From Rhodothermales bacterium (lineage in GTDB: Bacteria > Bacteroidota > Rhodothermia > Rhodothermales > Bin80), in contig JAAXGT010000180.1 in the NCBI GenBank assembly GCA_012271205.1, positions 505 through 64,504 on the forward strand: a stretch of 64,000 nt of DNA, written 5' to 3'. The position numbers and the translations under genes were made by a program. This document shows, piece after piece, positions 1 through 8,225 of this stretch; the first letter of the stretch is position 1; every line of letters begins with the position of its first letter. The notes under the pieces are model-generated. The model made no database searches. It had not been told where the DNA came from and saw only the letters and a program-made list of their open reading frames with translations.

Positions 1-68
1 TGGTCTTCCATCACGAAGTAGCCTTGATTTGTTAAACCGCAGGGAAGATCTGAAGCCCCAACACCTGC

Positions 69-821
69 TTACTGATAGGTAATGTTTGCTTCCGACATCG
101 CACCTCCAGCAACCGTGACGTCCATGGTTTGCTGTCCGAGTTGCTCGTGCCAGGCTGTAATGGTGTAAGCCCCATCCGGCAGGCCGCTGATCGAGAAGTT
201 GCCACTTAGGTCACTGGTGGCAAAGTAAGGGTGATCCATTACGCCGATGTACGCCTGCATCCAGCTGTGTACGTCGCACTTGACCGACACCATTACTTCG
301 GGGACGAGGAAGCTTTTCTCGAGATAGTCGCCCATGTTTGGTGTGGATTCGTTGAAGCCGCGGTTGAGTTCCGGCACTGGATGAATGTTGTGTTGGAAGG
401 GGTCGCTGTTTTCAATTCGAATGGTCTGGCCCACGTGCACCCCCATGACGCGCGGCACATATATACAGCCTTCCTGGTCGAGTACGGCTGGTTCGCTTGG
501 CGTGGCGTAATTGTAGCCGTCAGGAAGTCCAGCACTCACATACACAAATACGTTCTGCACAACCCCATCGGTAACGATTAGATTTTCTGACAAAGGCGTT
601 CCGTCTAGCTGATCCAGACATTCCGGCTTCATCCGCACAGGAGTGCGCTCCTCCGAGGTGCCGGTGAAGCTGACCGTACCGTGTATGGAGCCCGAGCCCA
701 TGGCAGTCGTGGGCTCAGAAGGTGTTTCGGCTGCGTCCGGGCCGTCGCCCTGTGTGGCGTCCCCCCCGCCACATGCCGAAACTAGAAGTGCAAGTATCAA
801 GAGAATCGTTGAGCATCGCAT
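69..821 (-). CDS. Secreted lipoprotein with cupredoxin-like (type-1 copper) domain and CarboxypepD_reg-like C-terminal beta-sandwich
   Basis: 250-aa ORF with signal peptide and lipobox-like 'LLVSAC'. 'FQHNIH' plus 'CDVHSWM' (C-x2-H-x2-M) resemble His/Cys/His/Met blue-copper ligands. Tail 'SGNFSISGLPDGAYTITAW' is carboxypeptidase-regulatory-like. Confidence 0.55.
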   Translation of the reverse strand: MRCSTILLILALLVSACGGGDATQGDGPDAAETPSEPTTAMGSGSIHGTVSFTGTSEERTPVRMKPECLDQLDGTPLSENLIVTDGVVQNVFVYVSAGLPDGYNYATPSEPAVLDQEGCIYVPRVMGVHVGQTIRIENSDPFQHNIHPVPELNRGFNESTPNMGDYLEKSFLVPEVMVSVKCDVHSWMQAYIGVMDHPYFATSDLSGNFSISGLPDGAYTITAWHEQLGQQTMDVTVAGGAMSEANITYQ

Positions 822-945
822 GTGATTGCGGTCCAGTTGGTTGCAAGTGTCGATTGAAACGGGTTACGCCGCCTATAAGACGGGCCCGAATATACGCTGT
901 ACAATAGAAGAAATTCATTCAGAATGCCAATGATGGTGTGCGAAT

Positions 946-1344
946 TTGCGAAACTTACACGAAGCACAATTTGACCACGAGAGAATGGATTGGGTCTGGG
1001 CGCTTTACCGGAAGTATATCATCAAGGGTCTGGCGGCAAGCGGCAACGCTCAGCCGACAGACACAGAACTGGAGGAGGCCTTTTTGAAAGCACTGGCTGC
1101 CTCGTCGGTTACGATTCTGGTGCAGGAGCCATGGATGAACTCCGTCCGATTCAAGGGCTTGGCACGTGGTCCGGTAACAGAGATGACAGATTTGCTGCAG
1201 GACCCCATGGACTGGCTTGCAGCGCGGTATGGTGGCGGCAAATTCAAGCTCAATTTCCACGAAGGGTGGAATTTTGTAGCCACGCAGAATTTTAAGCCAG
1301 AGGGTGCGCCTCGCTGGAAGGATGTACCGGAAATCGAATTCTGA
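946..1344 (+). CDS. Hypothetical protein (start more likely ATG at 985)
   Basis: 132-aa ORF opening on TTG, with an in-frame ATG at 985 (MDWVWALY...). No recognisable motif. Confidence 0.35.
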   Translation: MRNLHEAQFDHERMDWVWALYRKYIIKGLAASGNAQPTDTELEEAFLKALAASSVTILVQEPWMNSVRFKGLARGPVTEMTDLLQDPMDWLAARYGGGKFKLNFHEGWNFVATQNFKPEGAPRWKDVPEIEF

Positions 1345-1664
1345 TTCCAGTTCGTCGCCAGTGCAGTACAGCGCTTGTCGTGGCCTGCCGTTGCCGTCAG
1401 ACCGGTCCTTGGCGACGGCGCGCAGTTGCCAGCGGTCAGAATGCACACGGCAGCCCCTGACAACTCATGTGGCGGATTCCGGTCGAGCGTGTCCGGTTCG
1501 GATCATCCTCCCAAACTGCACGCCTCCTGCCGAATCCCAGGCTCAGGCCGGGTGTCTACAAGCATGGTTCCGAATCATTGCCTCTTGACATCCGCGGCAG
1601 TGGGTACATGCCAAGCTGTTGTCGAGAGTGCCGACCGATATTTACGCATGCCCCGGGCGAGTCG

Positions 1665-2372
1665 TCAGGTTGGGCTGTCAAACAGCTTTTGCTGAGAGCT
1701 GGCCGGATTTGACTTTATTACCACTCTGCGTTCGTGCGGGCCGCCAACTGACGAGCGATGTCCGGTGTTTATTGCCATATCAATCATCTGGATGGGTTCT
1801 CCATCGAGTTGGAAATTCTCAATCTCCAGTGGCGCCACTCTCAGGAGGACATGCTGGGGTTCATTCTTGATGCGATCCCTCAACTTCATCAGAAGGCGGC
1901 CAAGTGCATTGGTACCCACGAGCAGGGCTTCGTCTTTCATGGGCTTTGCTCCCCAGAAATCATCCTTGTAGGACAACTCGACAATGTCGAGTGGATCTGT
2001 ATCCAGAAGCAATTTGCTGAATTTGTTCCAATTCTGCGCGAGCTTGACACGCAGGCACCAGCGCATGATGCGAATACGGACTTGATCCCAGTCTGACCGA
2101 TTCTCGCTCCGCCGGTATGGCTTGCTCTTCATCTTGGCCGCCATTGGGCTTTTCTGCTTGATTATTTCCCGCTGTACGTCTGGCCGGGTAGGGAAGCGAC
2201 AGGCCTGGTACAGGGCTTCCGATGTTCGAATGTCAAGGCCATTTATCTTCAGAGGAAACCCGGCCGCCATGTTTGACAATCCTCCGTACGCTTCCTTCGT
2301 TTTGAAGAAGACAACGCTCGATGAGGGCTTGTAGGTTCGTATTTGGCTGCGACTCTGGCCGTGGGAGGTCAT
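1665..2372 (-). CDS. NADAR (YbiA-like, DUF1768) family N-glycosidase/ADP-ribosyl-processing protein
   Basis: 'FFKTKEAYGGLSNMAAGFPLKINGLDIRTSEALYQACRF' and 'DDFWGA' match the NADAR/YbiA core as I know it. I prefer ATG at 2372 over the ORF-track start 2429, which would overlap the upstream gene's stop (2396-2398). Confidence 0.75.
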   Translation of the reverse strand: MTSHGQSRSQIRTYKPSSSVVFFKTKEAYGGLSNMAAGFPLKINGLDIRTSEALYQACRFPTRPDVQREIIKQKSPMAAKMKSKPYRRSENRSDWDQVRIRIMRWCLRVKLAQNWNKFSKLLLDTDPLDIVELSYKDDFWGAKPMKDEALLVGTNALGRLLMKLRDRIKNEPQHVLLRVAPLEIENFQLDGEPIQMIDMAINTGHRSSVGGPHERRVVIKSNPASSQQKLFDSPT

Positions 2373-2395
2373 GGCAGATGATTCAGGGAAGTCAG

Positions 2396-3340
2396 TTAAT
2401 AGGTCTTGCGCTGTAGAAGCGGATACCACTGGGAAAGTGGGTGGTCGTAGCTTTTTTTCGGATCACCCCACCAGAATGCCAGCGGCGCGTTGTTTGGGCA
2501 ATTGCGATACGTGACAAAAACCGAACCGAAACCAAGACCGAACGGGCTGTATCCTAGCGGACGCAACCTCGAAGCTGGATTCTTCGACAGGGTCCGAATG
2601 TACATGCCGGCAAGCAACATTTCCGACTCCAGCAACTGGCGCCGCTCTTCGGAAGAGAAGAAATTGTTTTTGAGTTGTCCACCCGGCTGTCTTGGCTCGA
2701 AAGGGAATCTCCACTCCTCTGCCATGTATGCCTCCAAGTCGGCATCATTTGGAATCTTTGCGGGCCATAGCACTTCGGACGTATCACGGTATCTACGCCT
2801 GTTTTCGATCTCTCTCTTATGCAGAAATTCAAACTCCAAATCCAGCAGACGGGCCAAATCAGCCTGCTCCTTTAACTTTTTCCCGCACCGGTACTTGCCA
2901 TATGTGTGGGCAGCCATCACAACAATATAAACCGTTGCGTGTGGCGGAGCTTCGTTCTGTATCCAACCCGACAGGTCATCCACTATCCGATCTCCACTGA
3001 ATAGGAAGTCGTCCAGATACACGAAATTGAGGTGCTCAAACCTAATGAGGTTCGGAAGGATCTCCTCTAGCCCAGTGGGTGTGGTCGATGCAGCATCATC
3101 AGCATCATCACCATCAAGTCTGTCGAAATTCTCTTCCAGAACATCCAGGAATAGCTTCCGGATTTCCTTTTGGCTGTTCCCTTCTCGCTGGATGTCGAGC
3201 AAGCGTGCTGACCGCCAGAAATTGCGAGGCTTCTTGCCAGCATGCCTAGGAAGCTCCTTGATCACCTGTGCAAGAAAGGTGCGTACATCAGACTGTGACA
3301 GGTAGCTGCGCTCCAAGACATAGTCAACCTCTTGCAGCAA
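2396..3340 (-). CDS. Phosphoribosyltransferase-like (PRTase-fold) protein, uncharacterised subfamily
   Basis: 314-aa ORF. 'LNFVYLDDFLFSGDRIVDDL' resembles the PRPP-binding loop (hydrophobic run, DD, then x-x-x-S-G). Stop lies 23 nt upstream of the NADAR start. Opens on TTG, and the frame stays open upstream to a TAG at 3428-3430. Confidence 0.5.
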   Translation of the reverse strand: MLQEVDYVLERSYLSQSDVRTFLAQVIKELPRHAGKKPRNFWRSARLLDIQREGNSQKEIRKLFLDVLEENFDRLDGDDADDAASTTPTGLEEILPNLIRFEHLNFVYLDDFLFSGDRIVDDLSGWIQNEAPPHATVYIVVMAAHTYGKYRCGKKLKEQADLARLLDLEFEFLHKREIENRRRYRDTSEVLWPAKIPNDADLEAYMAEEWRFPFEPRQPGGQLKNNFFSSEERRQLLESEMLLAGMYIRTLSKNPASRLRPLGYSPFGLGFGSVFVTYRNCPNNAPLAFWWGDPKKSYDHPLSQWYPLLQRKTY

Positions 3341-3427
3341 CGGAAGCTGGGCGTCCCTTCTGAATTGGCGAATCCATTTGTCTACATGATCCGGTATTGG
3401 CTGCGGGTGTTCCCCGGCGCGATAATC

Positions 3428-3649
3428 CTATATGGTGGTCGCGATAGATGCCAGCAATTCGTGTCGATCTTTCATACGGAAGTCCGGTAAAGTACAGATA
3501 GGACCAACGTTGACCTTGTCACGAACGTTTCTAACAGAGATCATAACATGGTTGTCCAGCTTCGGCGTCTGTTCAATGAACTTTGCAGGGCATCGGGTAT
3601 AGTCCTTGGTAGTAGCAGCAGGAGAGCCATGTACAAGCTGCCGATCCAA
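3428..3649 (-). CDS. Upstream ORF in the same frame as the PRTase-like gene, separated from it only by one TAG
   Basis: 73-aa ORF whose stop (3428-3430) is in frame with 2396-3340. The 29 codons between them contain no stop and no ATG/GTG/TTG start. Confidence 0.25.
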   Translation of the reverse strand: MDRQLVHGSPAATTKDYTRCPAKFIEQTPKLDNHVMISVRNVRDKVNVGPICTLPDFRMKDRHELLASIATTI

Positions 3650-3847
3650 GGTGTCGACTGGAATCTCTGATGCGGATATTTTCCACTAGGCCCCAAGAGC
3701 ACGGCCCCGCTGCAGAAAATCAGCGGGAATATCCTAGACACGTACGGGTTGCCAGTCACCTGGACAGACTTGCAGCACGTTCAACTCGTGCTATATTTAC
3801 AGCTTGAACTTTGGGCAGGCGTGCTTTTCAGCTGATCAATCTTTGTC

Positions 3848-4417
3848 TTGGTATATGCGATTGGTCTACCGTCATGCCGGACTATACGACCCGCTGACAT
3901 AGCGATTCACGTGGACGCACTAACCGCAGAAAATTCCCCGGCCCGTGAACGTGTTATCGCGTTTCTGGCCTTCCTGACTTCCGAAGACTGCCACTCGGCG
4001 TGTCGTGAGCTGGCGCAACAGGAAGAACTCGCAGCCGCTTTCACACGTCTGTGGTTCGATGAGATCTATGTTCCAGGAGACAGCACGCTCGATGGTCTCA
4101 AGCCTGCTCCGGATCCCGAAGAATTAGCCCGCTTTAAGGCCTGCTTCAGCACACGGGAGCTCAACAGCTTGGAACGATTCCACGGCTTTTTTGAATTGCG
4201 CCTCAGCTTTTTGACGAACAAGCTGAAGGGCCGTGCATACTTTCCTGATAATGACTCCTGGCGCAGTATCCTGCAGCATGCGGCGTATGTACTGGATGAA
4301 CTGGTTCTGGACCCCGATCACCTCCGCGTCATGCTCGCGGCTTTGGTACGCCACGCAAAGCAGGGCACGCTCATAGATGCAATGCGCGGGCAACTTACAT
4401 TTCCAAGTGCGCCTTAA
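3848..4417 (+). CDS. Hypothetical protein
   Basis: 189-aa ORF (TTG start) with no recognisable motif. It converges on, and overlaps by 23 nt, the last gene of the minus-strand operon. Confidence 0.35.
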   Translation: MVYAIGLPSCRTIRPADIAIHVDALTAENSPARERVIAFLAFLTSEDCHSACRELAQQEELAAAFTRLWFDEIYVPGDSTLDGLKPAPDPEELARFKACFSTRELNSLERFHGFFELRLSFLTNKLKGRAYFPDNDSWRSILQHAAYVLDELVLDPDHLRVMLAALVRHAKQGTLIDAMRGQLTFPSAP

Positions 4418-4874
4418 CCTCGTCCATCACGAGTTCAGTAATTTCCACATAACCCTGTTCCCGGGCATAGTCCTCCACGTTTGTTCGCACCATCGGCCGC
4501 ACAAACGCTGGAATGGACTCTAGGCGAGCGAGCGCGGGGTCACTCCAGGTCAGTGCGTCCCGGGCAAAAGCTTCATTGACCATGCCGGTGAAAGGACATT
4601 TGGTCTGAGATGTGGACGGTCGTGTGGTCTCTACCCCTTCGCGCTGCATGGCCAGATTGGAACGCAAGCTCTCCATTGGTGCGGCGACGTCACTGCGACC
4701 CCCGATCTTGACGCCGAGTGAGCGGACTATTTGCGTTTCGGCCTGATTGGTCAGCATTGCAATCTGACGGCCGCAGTTCGGACACGAGTACACGATCGAC
4801 ATCGTCCCGTCTGATGGTCCGTGCCACTCGTGCAAGGCCATTGGTTCATCGCAGGAAACGCAGAGGAATTTCAT
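4395..4874 (-). CDS. Zn-ribbon protein with C-terminal PCP-reductase-like (PCP_red) module
   Basis: N-terminal 'CVSC...CPNC' four-Cys ribbon. C-terminal 'LTWSDPALARLESIPAFVRPMVRTNVEDYAREQGYVEITELV' matches the module repeated in two neighbouring genes. Confidence 0.6.
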   Translation of the reverse strand: MKFLCVSCDEPMALHEWHGPSDGTMSIVYSCPNCGRQIAMLTNQAETQIVRSLGVKIGGRSDVAAPMESLRSNLAMQREGVETTRPSTSQTKCPFTGMVNEAFARDALTWSDPALARLESIPAFVRPMVRTNVEDYAREQGYVEITELVMDEVKAHLEM

Positions 4875-4879
4875 ATTCG

Positions 4880-5770
4880 CTATAGATCAAGCCAGGCGTG
4901 GAGCGCATCGGCAATCGAAAGGATGGCTTTGCCCGCCGTACTCTCGGGATAGTCTTTCAAAAACGAAATGCCTTCATCCAGGCAGTACGCCAGGCGTGCA
5001 TCAAACGGAATGCGGCCCAAATATGCGATGTCATGTCTCTGGGCCAATTTATGGGCGGCGGGATTACCCGTAAACAGTGCCTCCTCGTGGCCACACCGGC
5101 GGCACGTATTTCCGCTCATGTTTTCCACGAGGCCTATTACGGGTACTTGGGCCACGTCGCTTGCCATGGTTATGGAGCGCCCCACGACCATTTGTGCCAC
5201 CGCCGTGGGAGTAGTCACTATCAAGGTCCCGGAGATATTCGGAAGGAGATCCGCCAGATTCTGCAGCTTGTCCGCACCAGGCGCTAAATCAACAAGCATA
5301 ATATCCAGCGTGCCCCAGTGCGTATCAGCCAAGAGCTCTCTGAGTGCGCTCATTTCTACCATCGAGCGCCAAGTGTAGGCTCCCCGCTGTGTAGGCGCTT
5401 GCCATATGACCGGCGTTGAACCAGGTGGCAAAAACAAATCCATTGACATGATCGGAATCCGACCGTGCGACAGGGCAGGAGTCATAGCGTCGTCACGGGA
5501 ATACGGAATATGGTCTTGGACTCCCATCATATGTGCCATGGAAGGGCCATTCAGATCAGCGTCGAGCACTCCGGCTGCGTATCCCTTACGGTTGAGGGCC
5601 GAAGCGAGACAAGCAGTCACCGTGCTCTTGCCGACTCCCCCTTTGCCGCTGGCTACAGCAACAATGTGGCGCACATCCGCCAAACGCTCCTCCAAGTGCT
5701 TGCGCTGCACCGAAACTTGCTCCAGCACATTGGAGCCGCCATCCGAGGCTATGTCGTGGTAGGATTTCAC
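4880..5770 (-). CDS. Mrp/NBP35 (ApbC-type) Fe-S cluster carrier ATPase
   Basis: Deviant Walker A 'ASGKGGVGKST' and 'CRRCGHEEALF' CxxC motif. 4-nt overlap with the upstream gene. Confidence 0.85.
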   Translation of the reverse strand: MKSYHDIASDGGSNVLEQVSVQRKHLEERLADVRHIVAVASGKGGVGKSTVTACLASALNRKGYAAGVLDADLNGPSMAHMMGVQDHIPYSRDDAMTPALSHGRIPIMSMDLFLPPGSTPVIWQAPTQRGAYTWRSMVEMSALRELLADTHWGTLDIMLVDLAPGADKLQNLADLLPNISGTLIVTTPTAVAQMVVGRSITMASDVAQVPVIGLVENMSGNTCRRCGHEEALFTGNPAAHKLAQRHDIAYLGRIPFDARLAYCLDEGISFLKDYPESTAGKAILSIADALHAWLDL

Positions 5771-7686
5771 GACTTTTGGGCCTGCTCGCGGATCATATCT
5801 TCCATGATCTTAAGGCTCTCCTTTATTCCTTCTTCCGTAATGCTCAGCGTGATGAGCTGTGTGTTCCGGGCAATTGCGACCGCTTCCACGCGTTCTTTGG
5901 TGCGCGTCCGCATAAAGCCTTCGGGCACACGCCCCAGCCGGGTCAAAGCCCTTGTGGTCCACATAAAACTTCCGTCCTGAACCAGATCTTCCGTTGCCGG
6001 CCGCACGCCGGCAGCCCGATTCCCCTCGCCATTCGGCCCCGGCGTCTTAAGATGACCAGGGGCACTCAAATGCCGGACATCTTCGGCATGACCTTCCAGG
6101 ACAGCACGTACCATGTCTACGGTAATCGTGGGGACCCGCTGTACGCGTGCCCGCTTTTCTATCTGGGCCTTGGCGCGCCGCATTTGATATCCATCGGGGA
6201 CAGTGCGCAGCAGATCGCGCGCATCTCTGGACCACTTCAGCTTTACGTTATCAAAGGTCGCCTGCTCCTCGTCACCGCCTTCGAGGCTGGCGAGCTGGGC
6301 TATAGCGTCCTTATCCAGCTTTTGGAATTCATCTTTTGATGAACCGCACACCGCGCATTTTACGGGCTCGAAGTCGCGCGCGGCATAACCGCACGTACCG
6401 CAAATCCACGTGGTTGAGTCCCCTGCCGCTATCTCTTTGGCTGCGGCATTCCCAGCGGTAATGCCCATCTTGATCATGGCCGACCGCGGCAAAATACTGC
6501 CCATGGCTTGTTCGACGATCTTGAGTGTGATCACAGAATGTCCCCGCTCCATGGCCCAGCGGTGCACAGTCGTGCGCGCGATGCCTTGCGCAAACTCGGG
6601 GGCCGTATTGAGAAGCTGTGTGGCTGGTTCGGTCCAGAGCATGCTCTCTTCTGCGCTCACGTCCACCGGAGGCACGTAGCGCTGGCTTGACAGCAGAATA
6701 TTGCAGGGCGCCTGCCGCAGCAGGTTTTCGGTGTTGCTGCCAATGTCCATATCTTGGTCGCTGTGTACACCGATGCGCCCCAAAACGAGCAGCCAAGGCT
6801 CTTCGCGCCGCACATATTGCAACAATTTCTCAAACGCCTTGCCGTCGAGTAACGTGATCTTGAGCTTGACGTTTTCTGCCTCCGCTATGCGGCGAGCGAT
6901 TTCAAGGTGGGACTGGTAAATCTTGGCCAATCCAGTGTCGATCACCTCCTCATGCAGCTGCTCCTGCTCCTTGAATCGGAAGACTTTTGACGCTTTTTCC
7001 GTAAGCACATTTACGATGCTGTTGAACATGGCATAATGCAGATACGGGTCGTATACCGAGACGGCTTCAACCTGTCTTCCGGTGGCGCGGCCCAGCTTCA
7101 GGGCTGTGAGCAGTCCGGCAAACGATTCGGGACTGCCATCAATACCGACCACGATATTGCCCGCGGAGGATCCGTCCTCGTGCACGGCAGAGCCGTTCAG
7201 GTTCTTGATCACCAGTGTGTCCGTGCGCACGCGACGCGTAACGCGCTCGCAGACGCTGCCCAGCACGCTGTCCTTGACCGCGCCCAGCCCCAGTGCCCCC
7301 ATGATCACCAGGTCGTAATCACTCTCGTCAATATCCTTGGTGATCACTTTCCAGTTTTTACCGTCGTACATCTTCGGCTCAAACGGTACACCCACTTCCT
7401 TGCAACGCTGCTCGGCCACTACCAGATAGGAATCGCTGATAAGCTCCAGACCCATCGTAATGAGTGTGTCGTGGATCTTCCGCTGCTTTTCCATCGCCTC
7501 TTCATGGAGATACTCCTCAGGGAGCGTAAACTCCATTTGCTTGAAGCGGTAGTCGTGCATGCGCGCGGCATAGGCATGACTGGCCACGACCGATGCATCA
7601 AACGTCTTAGCCAGGTCTACGGCCAGATCTACGGCACTGATCGAGTGCTCCGAGTTGTCGACCGGTACAAAAATTTTCTTATACAT
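5767..7686 (-). CDS. Multidomain protein: tandem universal-stress (USP) domains + rubredoxin-like Zn ribbon + three PCP_red-like modules
   Basis: 'KKIFVPVDNSEHS' and 'NIVVGIDGSPES' are USP starts. 'WICGTCGYAARDFEPVKCAVCG' is a CxxC...CxxC ribbon. Three W(T/S)xxA...P...ITxxxV modules sit at aa 349-395, 483-529 and 574-620. Confidence 0.7.
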   Translation of the reverse strand: MYKKIFVPVDNSEHSISAVDLAVDLAKTFDASVVASHAYAARMHDYRFKQMEFTLPEEYLHEEAMEKQRKIHDTLITMGLELISDSYLVVAEQRCKEVGVPFEPKMYDGKNWKVITKDIDESDYDLVIMGALGLGAVKDSVLGSVCERVTRRVRTDTLVIKNLNGSAVHEDGSSAGNIVVGIDGSPESFAGLLTALKLGRATGRQVEAVSVYDPYLHYAMFNSIVNVLTEKASKVFRFKEQEQLHEEVIDTGLAKIYQSHLEIARRIAEAENVKLKITLLDGKAFEKLLQYVRREEPWLLVLGRIGVHSDQDMDIGSNTENLLRQAPCNILLSSQRYVPPVDVSAEESMLWTEPATQLLNTAPEFAQGIARTTVHRWAMERGHSVITLKIVEQAMGSILPRSAMIKMGITAGNAAAKEIAAGDSTTWICGTCGYAARDFEPVKCAVCGSSKDEFQKLDKDAIAQLASLEGGDEEQATFDNVKLKWSRDARDLLRTVPDGYQMRRAKAQIEKRARVQRVPTITVDMVRAVLEGHAEDVRHLSAPGHLKTPGPNGEGNRAAGVRPATEDLVQDGSFMWTTRALTRLGRVPEGFMRTRTKERVEAVAIARNTQLITLSITEEGIKESLKIMEDMIREQAQKS

Positions 7687-7688
7687 CG

Positions 7689-8018
7689 TCAGTATACGTA
7701 GGGTATTCGGTCGTGCACATACGTCAACCGGTCGATGACATATCTGAGGTCCGTGTGATTGCCATAGGGCATCACGTGCAGCAGTGCCGAGTTAAGATAC
7801 GGTGCGCAGTTCCCCACACCGGTCATTTCCACACGGGCCACGCAGTCAATGAATTGGCTCAGGTTGAAGCGTGCCTTCACCAATTCATTTCGCTGTTCGA
7901 GCAGCACTTCGGAGCGGTTAATGTACCGCGTCAGCCGGGATACTTCCAGCCCCAATATAGCGGGTACCATCTGCCGGAATTGTAGCCAAGGCAGGTACTG
8001 GATTTCGTTTTCAACCAT
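7689..8018 (-). CDS. Hypothetical protein (operon member)
   Basis: 109-aa ORF spaced 2 nt and 12 nt from its neighbours. No recognisable motif. Confidence 0.4.
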   Translation of the reverse strand: MVENEIQYLPWLQFRQMVPAILGLEVSRLTRYINRSEVLLEQRNELVKARFNLSQFIDCVARVEMTGVGNCAPYLNSALLHVMPYGNHTDLRYVIDRLTYVHDRIPYVY

Positions 8019-8030
8019 TAGCTGATCCGG

Positions 8031-8222
8031 CTATTCGATGATCTCCTCAAGCGTGTCAATGAGCACGATCGCGTCATCATCACACATGACTACACAATCC
8101 TCGAAGTCACAACACTCATCACTGATTACGTAAATAGGATCGCCAACAGAAATTGCACTTACGGGACACATGTCAACGCATTCGCCACAAGCTGTACATT
8201 GGGATGTGATTTTGTAAGGCAT
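8031..8222 (-). CDS. Small [4Fe-4S] ferredoxin
   Basis: 63 aa; 'CTACGECVDMCP' (CxxCxxCxxxCP) plus a second Cys cluster 'CCDFEDCVVMC'. Confidence 0.7.
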   Translation of the reverse strand: MPYKITSQCTACGECVDMCPVSAISVGDPIYVISDECCDFEDCVVMCDDDAIVLIDTLEEIIE

Positions 8223-8225
8223 CCG

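Noticed and set aside
1345-1664. 320-nt GC-rich spacer between convergent genes, checked in six frames for gene remnants or RNA structure
   Set aside because: I found no recognisable peptide motif, repeat or strong hairpin. The overlapping ORFs (955-1446, 1050-1463, 1375-1695 and others) look like GC-driven artefacts.
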